DNA of 64,000 nt from Burkholderiales bacterium (GTDB lineage: Bacteria > Pseudomonadota > Gammaproteobacteria > Burkholderiales > JACQAP01), in contig JBKJUC010000037.1 in the NCBI GenBank assembly GCA_046590325.1, positions 3,457 through 67,456 on the forward strand, read 5' to 3'. The notes beneath the pieces are model-generated. The model was not told the origin of the DNA. It saw only the letters and a program-made list of their open reading frames with translations, and searched no databases. Shown in pieces: positions 48,713 through 56,924 of the stretch (position 1 is its first letter; every line of letters begins with the position of its first letter). Position numbers and translations under genes: made by a program.

Positions 48713-50107
48713 ATGGCAATCAGCCTGCCCCAGGAGAACCATCCCGTGCCCGCGCAACAAGTCCTTGACCTGATCGGAAACACGCCGCTGGTGGAAGTTA
48801 CACGCATGGAGGCCGGGCCCTGCCGGTTATTCCTTAAACTGGAAAGCCAGAATCCGGGTGGATCCATCAAGGATCGCATCGGACGTTCCATGATCGAAGC
48901 GGCAGAGAAAGACGGCAGCCTCAAGCCAGGCGGCACGATCATCGAGGCGACGGCGGGGAATACCGGCCTCGGCCTGGCTCTGGTTGCGGCGTTGAAAGGC
49001 TACAAGCTCGTCCTTGTCGTTCCGGACAAGATGAGCCGGGAGAAAATTTTTCATCTCAAGGCGATGGGCGCGGAAGTCAGGCTCACGCGTTCCGACGTCG
49101 GCAAGGGGCACCCCGAGTACTACCAGGACATGGCCGAGCGCATCGCAAGGGAAACTGGCGGATTCTTCGTCAACCAGTTCGGCAATGCCGCCAATCCGCT
49201 GGCGCACGAGACCACCACGGGTCCGGAAATCTGGTTGCAGATGAAGCACGACGTGGATGCCGTGGTCTGCGGTGTCGGTTCCTCTGGCACCCTTACCGGG
49301 CTGTCACGCTATTTCGCCAAGGTGTCTCCGAATACGGAAATGGTGCTGGCCGATCCGGTCGGCTCGGTGCTCGCGGACTACATCCACACGGGCAAGTACG
49401 GCGAGGCCGGCAGTTGGATCGTCGAGGGCATTGGCGAGGATTTTATCCCGCCGATCGCGGATTTTTCGCGCGTCAAAAAGGCCTATTCCATTACCGACGA
49501 AGAGGCCTGCACGACGGTGCGAAACCTGCTGAAGAAGGAGGGCATACTCGCCGGATCGTCGTCGGGCACGCTGATCGGCGCCGCGCTGCGTTACTGCCGC
49601 GAGCAGAAAACACCAAAGCGCGTCGTGACTTTCGCCTGCGACAGCGGCAACAAATACCTGTCGAAGGTCTTCAACGACTATTGGCTGATCGACCAGGGCC
49701 TGCTCAAGCGCGAGCAGTTCGGGGATTTGCGCGACCTGATCACCCGGCGCCACGATGAGCGCGCAACGGTGATCATCAACCCTGACGACAAATTGATGAC
49801 CGCCTACGCGCGGATGAAGCTCTATGACATCTCGCAGTTGCCAGTCCTGGAAAACGGCAAGGTGGTCGGCATCATCGACGAGTGGGACCTGCTCACCGCG
49901 GCCCAGGAAAACCCTGTCCGCTTCAGCGATCCGGTGCGCACGGCCATGACCCAGCGCATCGATACCGTCGGCCTGAAGACACCGCTGGCCGATCTGATGG
50001 GCGTTTTCAACAAAGGGCATGTCGTGATCGTCGTCGAAAAGGGCCAGTTCTACGGCCTCATCACCCGCATGGATATCCTCAATCACCTGCGCAACAAGGC
50101 GCACTGA
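48713..50107 (+). CDS. Cystathionine beta-synthase (PLP domain plus C-terminal CBS pair)
   Basis: GNTPLV, NPGGSIKDRIG (PLP lysine), EATAGNTG, GVGSSGT, and a C-terminal tandem CBS-domain region (ISQLPVLENGKVVGIIDEWD). Confidence 0.88.
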   Translation: MAISLPQENHPVPAQQVLDLIGNTPLVEVTRMEAGPCRLFLKLESQNPGGSIKDRIGRSMIEAAEKDGSLKPGGTIIEATAGNTGLGLALVAALKGYKLVLVVPDKMSREKIFHLKAMGAEVRLTRSDVGKGHPEYYQDMAERIARETGGFFVNQFGNAANPLAHETTTGPEIWLQMKHDVDAVVCGVGSSGTLTGLSRYFAKVSPNTEMVLADPVGSVLADYIHTGKYGEAGSWIVEGIGEDFIPPIADFSRVKKAYSITDEEACTTVRNLLKKEGILAGSSSGTLIGAALRYCREQKTPKRVVTFACDSGNKYLSKVFNDYWLIDQGLLKREQFGDLRDLITRRHDERATVIINPDDKLMTAYARMKLYDISQLPVLENGKVVGIIDEWDLLTAAQENPVRFSDPVRTAMTQRIDTVGLKTPLADLMGVFNKGHVVIVVEKGQFYGLITRMDILNHLRNKAH

Positions 50108-50202
50108 GGTTCTCAAGATCTACAAACTCGATCTGAACCACGGATATAGGTGATATTTAGCCAGCTGCAGATACCACATAAAACAAAGGTTAAGATTCGA
50201 CC

Positions 50203-51372
50203 ATGGCAAACGACAAATCCAAACCGGGCTTCGCCACCCGTTCCGTCCACGCCGGGCAATCGCCGGATCCGACCACCGGCGCGGTGATGACGCCGATTTT
50301 CGCGACGTCCACGTTCAAGCAGCATTCGCCGGGCGTGCATACCGGCTACGAGTACGGGCGCAGCCAGAATCCGACGCGCCATGCCTTCGAGCGCTGCATC
50401 GCCGATCTCGAAGGCGGCATTCAGGCTTTTGCTTTTGCGTCCGGCCTGGCTGCAACCGGCACGGTGCTCGAACTCCTGGATGCCGGCAGCCATATCGTTG
50501 CGGCGGACGATCTATATGGAGGCTCGTGGCGCCTGTTCGAAAAGGTGCGCAAGCGTTCGATGGATCTGCGCACTGGCTATGCCGATTCCAACGTAGCCGG
50601 ATCCCTGGAGAAGGCGCTCCAGCCGGAGACGAAAATGATCTGGGTCGAGACCCCGTCGAATCCGGTGCTCAAGATCACCGACCTGGAACAGGTCGCGAAG
50701 ATCGGCAGGCAGCGCGGCATCCTGACGGTGGTGGACAACACCTTCGCTTCTCCTTACGTGCAGCGCCCCCTCGACCTTGGCATAGACCTGGTGGTGCACT
50801 CCGTGACCAAGTACATCAACGGCCACTCCGACATGATCGGCGGCATTGTCGTGGTCAGGGACCGCAAGGACATCGCCGAAAAGCTCGAGTTCATGCAGAA
50901 CGCCATCGGTTCGATCCTCGATCCGTTTTCCAGCTTCCTGGCCCTGCGCGGTGTCAAGACGTTACCCCTGCGCATGAAGCAGCACTGCGGCAACGCCATG
51001 CACCTGGCCGCCTGGCTGCAGAGACATCCGAAGATCGAGAAAGTAATCTATCCCGGACTGCCACAGCATCCCCAACATCTGCTGGCCGCAAAACAGATGA
51101 ACGGATTCGGCGCGATGATCGCCGTTTACCTGAAGACCGACATGGATGGCGTGCGCCGCGCCCTTGAGGCCTGTGAGATCTTCACCCTGGCGGAGAGCCT
51201 GGGCGGTGTCGAAAGCCTGATCGGGCATCCGGTCACCATGAGCCATGGCTCGGTGCCAATGGAACGGCGTGCCCAACTGGGCATCACCGACAACCTGGTC
51301 CGCCTGTCCGTTGGTGTCGAGGACGTGGAAGACCTGATGGCAGACCTAGAGCAGGCCCTCGCAAAAATCTGA
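50203..51372 (+). CDS. Cystathionine gamma-lyase / Cys-Met metabolism PLP enzyme
   Basis: TGAVMTPIFATSTF, VVDNTFASP, HSVTKYINGHSD (PLP lysine). Immediately downstream of CBS. Confidence 0.88.
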   Translation: MANDKSKPGFATRSVHAGQSPDPTTGAVMTPIFATSTFKQHSPGVHTGYEYGRSQNPTRHAFERCIADLEGGIQAFAFASGLAATGTVLELLDAGSHIVAADDLYGGSWRLFEKVRKRSMDLRTGYADSNVAGSLEKALQPETKMIWVETPSNPVLKITDLEQVAKIGRQRGILTVVDNTFASPYVQRPLDLGIDLVVHSVTKYINGHSDMIGGIVVVRDRKDIAEKLEFMQNAIGSILDPFSSFLALRGVKTLPLRMKQHCGNAMHLAAWLQRHPKIEKVIYPGLPQHPQHLLAAKQMNGFGAMIAVYLKTDMDGVRRALEACEIFTLAESLGGVESLIGHPVTMSHGSVPMERRAQLGITDNLVRLSVGVEDVEDLMADLEQALAKI

Positions 51373-51863
51373 TGGAGAAAAATCCGCGCCTGATTTTCGC
51401 CGCGATGTTCGTGGTTTGCGCCGCACTGGTCAGCTTCGGGTTGTTTTTGCAGCACGCAAAGGGCCTCGAACCCTGCCCGATGTGCATCCTGCAGCGCTAT
51501 GCCTTCGTGGCAATTGCGCTAGTGGCACTCCTCGCTGCGCTCCACAATCCGCGGACCATCGGCCGGCGTGTCTACGGCGGACTGCTGGCGCTAACGGCGG
51601 TGGCTGGCGGCGGCGTGGCGATCCGCCATGTCTACCTCGAGCACAACCCGCCGCAGATCTACGACTGCGGCGCGGACTTCGGCTACATGCTTGAATCGTT
51701 TCCGCTCGCCGATCTGCTGCCGATGATATTCAAAGGTACGGGAGACTGTAGCAAGGTTCCCTGGCGTTTCCTCGGACTGTCCATCGCCGAGTGGGCGCTG
51801 GTCTGGTTCGCAATCTTTCTGATCGCCGCCGTGATTGCTGCGTTGATGAGGCCGCGGCGTTAA
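51372..51863 (+). CDS. dsbB: Disulfide bond formation protein B
   Basis: 163 aa with four TM helices. CPMCILQRY CxxC and a second Cys pair (DCGADF...GDCSKV). The ATG overlaps the upstream TGA (TGATG). Confidence 0.88.
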   Translation: MEKNPRLIFAAMFVVCAALVSFGLFLQHAKGLEPCPMCILQRYAFVAIALVALLAALHNPRTIGRRVYGGLLALTAVAGGGVAIRHVYLEHNPPQIYDCGADFGYMLESFPLADLLPMIFKGTGDCSKVPWRFLGLSIAEWALVWFAIFLIAAVIAALMRPRR

Positions 51864-51894
51864 TGAGGCCACGGCGTTATGAGGCCACGGCGCT
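51846..51894. repeat. Three tandem copies of a 16-17 nt unit spanning the dsbB stop codon
   Basis: atgaggccgcggcgtta (51846-62), atgaggccacggcgtt (51863-78) and atgaggccacggcgct (51879-94). A degenerate fourth unit, gatcaagtcacggcgct, follows (51895-51911). Confidence 0.8.
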
Positions 51895-51920
51895 GATCAA
51901 GTCACGGCGCTGAGGAACGC

Positions 51921-52589
51921 TCAGCGTTCGGGCAATTGGCCCCACTGTTCCGGTGTAAGGCGCGCGACCAGGACATAACCGCCCCGGCCATTGGGGAGGA
52001 AGATGGCCGCTTCCCCCTGCGTGCCAAGGTGAAAACCTTCGGCGTCCCAAAGGTTGTATCCGTGCGAAACCAGCACGGTATTGGTTGCCGGGCCCGGCAC
52101 CGTGGCCAAAAGCTTCTTCAGGCCGGCTGTGGCGAGCTCGCGCCTTGGCGCGGCTTCGGAAGAGCGGCTCACCCCGGTGAGCGACGCCTCGATCGTGTAG
52201 CGTTCGAACGCCAGTTCCGCAGTTTCCCGGCAACGGCAGAACTCGCTGGACAAAACTTCTCCGACCGGGATCGCCAGCCGCCTGAACTGACCGCCGATCT
52301 GCTCCGCTTCGAAGCGCCCCTTGTCGTCGAGATTGCGCTGCGTATCGCAGCGCTTCAAGTCCACGCCCTGCTCCTGATAAGCCGGTCCGGTGTCGGCATG
52401 GCGGAAGTAGATGACCAGTCCGCCCTGTCGCAACGCCGAGACCAGTGCGGCCCCGGACTTTGCATTGCTGGAATCCGGTGTCCCGGCGTCTGGCGCAGCC
52501 GCGCAAGCCCCGGCAAACCAGAGCAGGACCGCGAGGCCGGCCATGAGATTGCGTGGATTAAAGCATCGGCTGAATGTCGTCATCGACAT
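51921..52589 (-). CDS. Secreted histidine phosphatase superfamily (branch 1) protein
   Basis: Signal-like N-terminus (LMAGLAVLLWFAGACAA), YFRHADT (RHG-type catalytic motif) and VSHG. Start at the ATG at 52587-52589 avoids overlap with the upstream gene. Confidence 0.7.
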   Translation of the reverse strand: MSMTTFSRCFNPRNLMAGLAVLLWFAGACAAAPDAGTPDSSNAKSGAALVSALRQGGLVIYFRHADTGPAYQEQGVDLKRCDTQRNLDDKGRFEAEQIGGQFRRLAIPVGEVLSSEFCRCRETAELAFERYTIEASLTGVSRSSEAAPRRELATAGLKKLLATVPGPATNTVLVSHGYNLWDAEGFHLGTQGEAAIFLPNGRGGYVLVARLTPEQWGQLPER

Positions 52590-52597
52590 CGGCAGAG

Positions 52598-53500
52598 TTA
52601 GCTCAGATCGCCGGCAACGGCGGAAATTTCGCGCCAGAACTCCAGCGCGGTCTGTGTCCTCCACTCGACATGGCGGCGCAATGCCTTGGCGATGATCGGA
52701 CCGAATCTGGATTCGTGCTTCGCCGCCAGCGCCTGCGGAATTCCGCCGAGGATCTCTTCGCGCGTGAAGTACGGAATCTCCTTGAGCAGCAGCGCCAGCA
52801 GAAGCAGGCCGGTCTGGTAGATGTCCACGTGGCGTCCGACCGCGCCATACTCCTCGGGATCAAAGGCCTCGGGCGGGCGCATCCATTCGGCAAGCAGCGT
52901 CTGGAATACCCGGATATCCGACTCCAGCCGGGTCAGGCCCAGATCCCCGACCTTGAATGACCATACCGGCTCCTTCAGCAGGAGGCGGCGGCGACGGGTT
53001 TCGGTAACGAACACGTTACCCGGGTGCAGGTCCTTGTGCACATAGCCGCTCGCATGGATGTAATCGAGCGCCTGCAGGATGTCGCGGGCCACATAGGGGA
53101 TCCAGCGGTCGGCGTCGACGCCGCGTCTCGTGATGAGTTTTGTCAGCGCGAAGTTGCAGCGCTCGATGATGAGATAGAACGTGTCCTTGTGTTCGAAGGC
53201 GTCGTAGACGAAAGTGATGCCGGGATGGCGCAGGACCACCAGCTTGCGCAGTTCCTCCTGCCAGTTTTGGCGCACCTGGCGGTAAGACTGGTCATGAGGC
53301 AGCAGGATTTTCGCTACCAGCGCGTTGCCCCAGTCGTCCGTGCATTCGTAGACGACGCCGAAGCCGCCCTTGCCCACTTCCTTGCCCATGAAATAGCGGC
53401 GGCCCTCGTTGACAATCACTTCGCCTTTCTCGGGGGGCTGAAAACGCCGCGGCTGGCGGAAAGCCAGGTTCCGGATCGCGGCAAGGCGGGGGGACATCAT
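52598..53500 (-). CDS. Stand-alone Hanks-type protein kinase-like protein with atypical catalytic loop
   Basis: GKGGFGVVY glycine loop and VAKIL lysine. The catalytic loop is HKDLHPGNV where HRDLKPxN is expected, and DLG stands where DFG is expected. 300 aa, with no TM segment or extra domains. Confidence 0.75.
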   Translation of the reverse strand: MMSPRLAAIRNLAFRQPRRFQPPEKGEVIVNEGRRYFMGKEVGKGGFGVVYECTDDWGNALVAKILLPHDQSYRQVRQNWQEELRKLVVLRHPGITFVYDAFEHKDTFYLIIERCNFALTKLITRRGVDADRWIPYVARDILQALDYIHASGYVHKDLHPGNVFVTETRRRRLLLKEPVWSFKVGDLGLTRLESDIRVFQTLLAEWMRPPEAFDPEEYGAVGRHVDIYQTGLLLLALLLKEIPYFTREEILGGIPQALAAKHESRFGPIIAKALRRHVEWRTQTALEFWREISAVAGDLS

Positions 53501-53520
53501 GACTAGAGCGCTGTCGTTTC

Positions 53521-54018
53521 CTATTTCGGTTGGGGATGCGGGATCAACGGCGCCTGCCCGCGCTTGAACACCATCACGGTCCGCTTGAAAGTGATCACCA
53601 CGGTACCGTTCTGATTGTACCCGCTTGTAAACACGGTCACGATGCCCACATTGGAGCGGGATTTGGATTCGCGCTTGTCGAGCACTTCCGACTGCGAATA
53701 GATCGTGTCGCCCTCAAATACGGGACTCGGAAGCCGGATCTCGTCCCAGCCGAGGTTGGCGAAAACATTCTGGGAAATGTCGGTGACGCTCTGTCCGGTA
53801 ACCAGGGCCACCGTGAAAGTGGAATCGACCAGCGGCTTGCCGAACTCGGTTTGCGCAGCATAGTGCGCATCGAAATGGATCGGCGCCGTGTTCTGGGTAA
53901 GTAGCGTGAACCAGATATTGTCGGTCTGCGTAACGGTGCGACCGAGCGGATGCCGGTAGAGGTCGCCGACCTCGAAGTCCTCGTAGAACCTGCCGCGCCA
54001 GCCTTGTTTCTCGCTCAT
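53521..54018 (-). CDS. MaoC-family (R)-specific enoyl-CoA hydratase/dehydratase
   Basis: 165 aa hot-dog fold pattern (FTLLTQNTAPIHFD, GWDEIRLPSPVFEGDT). Confidence 0.8.
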   Translation of the reverse strand: MSEKQGWRGRFYEDFEVGDLYRHPLGRTVTQTDNIWFTLLTQNTAPIHFDAHYAAQTEFGKPLVDSTFTVALVTGQSVTDISQNVFANLGWDEIRLPSPVFEGDTIYSQSEVLDKRESKSRSNVGIVTVFTSGYNQNGTVVITFKRTVMVFKRGQAPLIPHPQPK

Positions 54019-54026
54019 TGTGGTAT

Positions 54027-55205
54027 CTAGATCGCCTTGTCTTTTTCCAGCTTACGAATAAAACCGTCATCGAAACCCAATTCGAGCAGTATCGCCCTGG
54101 TCTGCTGTCCCACCGCGGGAATTTCGTCCATTCGCGGCTCGACGCCGCGCATCGTCACCGGTGGCACCAGGGCCTTGATCTGCCCCTTCGGAGTATCCAC
54201 CGCGCGCCAGCGATCACGCGCCTTGAGTTGCGGATGCTCCCAGAATTCCTGCATCGTGTTCAGGCGCGCGTTCGCGATCTGCGCCTTGTCGAGCCGGTCG
54301 ACGACCTGCCGCACATCCATTTTCGAGAATGCACCGGTAATGACGGCGCTGAGCGCCTCCCGGTTGGCATGGCGGTGGCTATTGCTGTCGAAGCGGACAT
54401 CCGTTGCGAGGCCCGGTTGTTCCAGCACGGTGGCGCAGAAACCTGCCCATTCGCGTTCGTTCTGGATGCCGAAGAAAACCGTGCCGCTGTTGCCGGTGGG
54501 AAACGGGCCATAGGGATAGATGGTTGCGTGCGCAGCCCCCGTGCGCGGCGGCGCCGTGCCACCGTAGCTCGCGAAGTAAGCCGGGTATCCCATCCATTCC
54601 CCCAGCGCCTCGAACATGGAAACGTCGAATGCCGTGCCCTTGCCGGTGCGCTCGCGCTGAAACAGGCCGGTCAGTATTCCCGTATAGCCGTACATGCCTG
54701 CTGCGATATCGGCGATCGAGATGCCGGATTTCGATGGCGTATCGGGCGTTCCGCTCACGGATACCACGCCGGATTCGCACTGGATCAACAGGTCGTAGGC
54801 CTTTTTCAGGCTGTACGGCCCATCCGGTCCGTAGCCGGAAATATTGCAGGCGACGATGCGCGGATTCTTTGCCAGCAGGTCGTCGGACGATAACCCGAGC
54901 CGGGCAGCGGCGCCCGGTATCAGGTTCTGTACGAAAACGTCGGCTTTTTTGACAAGACGATCTAGAACGTCGGGCGCTTGCGCGTGCTTGACGTCTAGCG
55001 TCAGACTTTCCTTTGAGCGATTGAGCCAAACGAAGTGGGAGGACTGACCGAGGACGGTCTTGTCGTAGCCGCGAGCGAAATCCCCAACCCCGGGCCTTTC
55101 GATCTTGATGACCCGCGCGCCGAGATCGGCGAGCTGGCGGGTGGTAAAGGGAGCGGCAACGGCCTGCTCCAGCGAAACAACTGTAATTCCCTGCAGCGGC
55201 AGCAT
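54027..55205 (-). CDS. Family III CoA-transferase (CaiB/BaiF)
   Basis: MLPLQGITVVSLEQAVAAPFTTRQLADLGARVIKIERP is a typical family III N-terminus. 392 aa. Confidence 0.88.
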   Translation of the reverse strand: MLPLQGITVVSLEQAVAAPFTTRQLADLGARVIKIERPGVGDFARGYDKTVLGQSSHFVWLNRSKESLTLDVKHAQAPDVLDRLVKKADVFVQNLIPGAAARLGLSSDDLLAKNPRIVACNISGYGPDGPYSLKKAYDLLIQCESGVVSVSGTPDTPSKSGISIADIAAGMYGYTGILTGLFQRERTGKGTAFDVSMFEALGEWMGYPAYFASYGGTAPPRTGAAHATIYPYGPFPTGNSGTVFFGIQNEREWAGFCATVLEQPGLATDVRFDSNSHRHANREALSAVITGAFSKMDVRQVVDRLDKAQIANARLNTMQEFWEHPQLKARDRWRAVDTPKGQIKALVPPVTMRGVEPRMDEIPAVGQQTRAILLELGFDDGFIRKLEKDKAI

Positions 55206-55248
55206 GTCGTAAATCGAATCCGGGAAAACCTACAGGCCGAAACCGGCG

Positions 55249-55911
55249 TCAGGGCGTATCGACAAAGGCGACGCCGATCATGGCATCCCGCGTGACCAGC
55301 GCCGCGAGTTTCTCCTCCGACCAGCCGTCGGTGCCACCGGGGCGTTTCGGCAATACCAGGTAGCGCATGTCCGCGGTGGAATCGTGCACGCGCACGATAA
55401 TGTCGTCCGGCACGGTGGTGCCGAATTCCTTGAGCACATCGCGTGGCTGGTTGATGACGCGTGAACGGTAACTGCGGCTCTTGTACCAATCCGGCGGCAG
55501 GCCCAGCAGCCAGCGCGGATAGCAGGAACACAACGTGCACACGATGACGTTGTGCACCTGTTCCGTGTTCTCCACGACCACCAGCGTGTAAGGCCCCCGG
55601 TCGACGCCGATCGCTTCGCAGGCGGCATTGCCGTCGGTCAACAGCAGCTTGCGGTACTCGGGGTCGGTCCAGGCCCTCGCGACGACGCGCGCTCCCTGCA
55701 AGGGCGTGCGATTGTCCATGTCCTCGACCTGGCGGCGCACCTCGTCCGCGCTGAGGATGCCTTTGTCGATCAGCAGGCCGCGAACGGCGATCTCCATCGC
55801 GCGCCAGGTGGTGATGGTGTCGTCCTGGTCGGCACGGATCGGATGCCGGTGCGGCTTGGCATCATCATGCTCGTGATGATCGTGGTCGTGATGGTCGTGG
55901 TCGTGTGCCAT
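55249..55911 (-). CDS. Nitrile hydratase alpha subunit / thiocyanate hydrolase gamma-like subunit (cobalt type)
   Basis: Metal-binding claw VCTLCSCYPRWLLGLPPDWYKSRSYRSRV (the C-T-L-C-S-C-Y form is the Co-type signature). His/Asp-rich N-terminus MAHDHDHHDHDHHEHDD. Confidence 0.88.
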   Translation of the reverse strand: MAHDHDHHDHDHHEHDDAKPHRHPIRADQDDTITTWRAMEIAVRGLLIDKGILSADEVRRQVEDMDNRTPLQGARVVARAWTDPEYRKLLLTDGNAACEAIGVDRGPYTLVVVENTEQVHNVIVCTLCSCYPRWLLGLPPDWYKSRSYRSRVINQPRDVLKEFGTTVPDDIIVRVHDSTADMRYLVLPKRPGGTDGWSEEKLAALVTRDAMIGVAFVDTP

Positions 55912-55912
55912 G

Positions 55913-56215
55913 TCAGGCCGGCTCCAGCCAGTGTTGGAAAATCTCTATGTCCACGGTGTCGTCCCGGTTACCTGAATATGCCGGCCAGACTTCGTCCTGC
56001 CGGAAGCGAACGCGATATAACGGCTGCCGCGGCAGTCCGGAGCGGGCGTAGGCCAGCTCTTCGGGATTGCCATAGGTGCCGCAAAATCGTTCTACCACTC
56101 CCTGCTTCCCGCGGATGTAGTAGGGAGTGCGCACGTGGCCGATCGGATAGGCAACCCTGACGGCGACCCGGTCGCCGGGTGAAAACCTGGCCGGCACGGC
56201 ATCACTGGTGGTCAT
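55913..56215 (-). CDS. Nitrile hydratase beta subunit, C-terminal half as a separate polypeptide (ScnA/ToyL-like)
   Basis: RFSPGDRVAVRV...GHVRTPYYIRGKQGVVERF...LYRVRF...VDIEIFQHWLEPA matches the SH3-like C-terminal domain of NHase beta. The ATG at 56213-56215 overlaps the upstream gene by 14 nt. The stop is 1 nt before the alpha ATG. Confidence 0.8.
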   Translation of the reverse strand: MTTSDAVPARFSPGDRVAVRVAYPIGHVRTPYYIRGKQGVVERFCGTYGNPEELAYARSGLPRQPLYRVRFRQDEVWPAYSGNRDDTVDIEIFQHWLEPA

Positions 56216-56516
56216 CAGCTTGCTCAGCTTCCGCCATTTTGCGGCCCAGTTCGTCAACGCTAATGACGCCGCGCTGGATCAGCGTCTGCGTGATCGCATA
56301 AATCCAGCGTTCGTAGTAACTCATCTTTTCGTAGGCATCGACGCCGAGGCTCTCGATGTTGCGGCGAAGCTCGTCGACGGTAATGTGACCCTTCTTTGAC
56401 AGCAGGACCAGCAGCGCGTCCACCCGCTTTTCCCAAATCGCATAGTCGTGCTCGGTAGCCTCCATCGGACCCGCGGACAGGCCGCCAATGTCGTGAATGC
56501 CGCGATAGTTGCTCAT
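56202..56516 (-). CDS. Nitrile hydratase beta subunit, N-terminal half as a separate polypeptide (ScnB/ToyK-like)
   Basis: MSNYRGIHDIGGLSAGP...WEKRVDAL...YYERWIYAI matches the NHase beta N-terminal helical domain (IHDxGG start). Start at the ATG at 56514-56516; the upstream part of the track ORF is a different gene's remnant. Confidence 0.8.
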   Translation of the reverse strand: MSNYRGIHDIGGLSAGPMEATEHDYAIWEKRVDALLVLLSKKGHITVDELRRNIESLGVDAYEKMSYYERWIYAITQTLIQRGVISVDELGRKMAEAEQADDHQ

Positions 56517-56671
56517 GGATTCTCCGCGGGACTGGAATCGCCCTGCAATGGCCCCGCAATGATCACAGGGGACGCACGCATTATAGTCGGCGTCAGCGCT
56601 GCTGCGAACCGGCGGCCGGGAGCGGTTGCGTTGGGGGGGCGCAGCAGCGGGCACCGGCGCCCCGGGTGGGG

Positions 56672-56924
56672 TGGCCGGATTGACTTTGGCGCCATCGGGA
56701 ATCGTATTGGCGAGGCTCAGTGCGCCGCGGGATCCTTCGTTCAGGCCACCCAGTATCCGGATCGCACGGCCGTCGGTACCTGCGATTTCGACAGGAGTAA
56801 GTTTGATGTGGTTGTCGGATCCGACCACGACGACATAGTTTTTCTTTTCGCGGACGACCAGTGCCGACGCCGGCACTTCGACGTGTTCGGCAGCAGCCCT
56901 ACTACAGCAACCCGGACCCGATTG
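56672..56924 (-). pseudogene. 3'-terminal remnant of an RND/MFP efflux periplasmic adaptor gene
   Basis: The frame reads ...AEHVEVPASALVVREKKNYVVVVGSDNHIKLTPVEIAGTDGRAIRILGGLNEGS...IPDGAKV. This is the characteristic C-terminal beta-barrel/MP-domain pattern of HlyD/AcrA-type adaptors. An in-frame stop lies at 56925-56927 and there is no N-terminal part. Confidence 0.45.

Noticed and set aside
56202-56876. The single 224-aa ORF treated as one protein.
   Set aside because: It begins at a GTG inside an efflux-adaptor-like fragment. A low-complexity Pro/Ala/Arg connector joins that fragment to a complete NHase beta N-half that has its own ATG. It is better explained as a pseudogene remnant plus a 104-aa gene.
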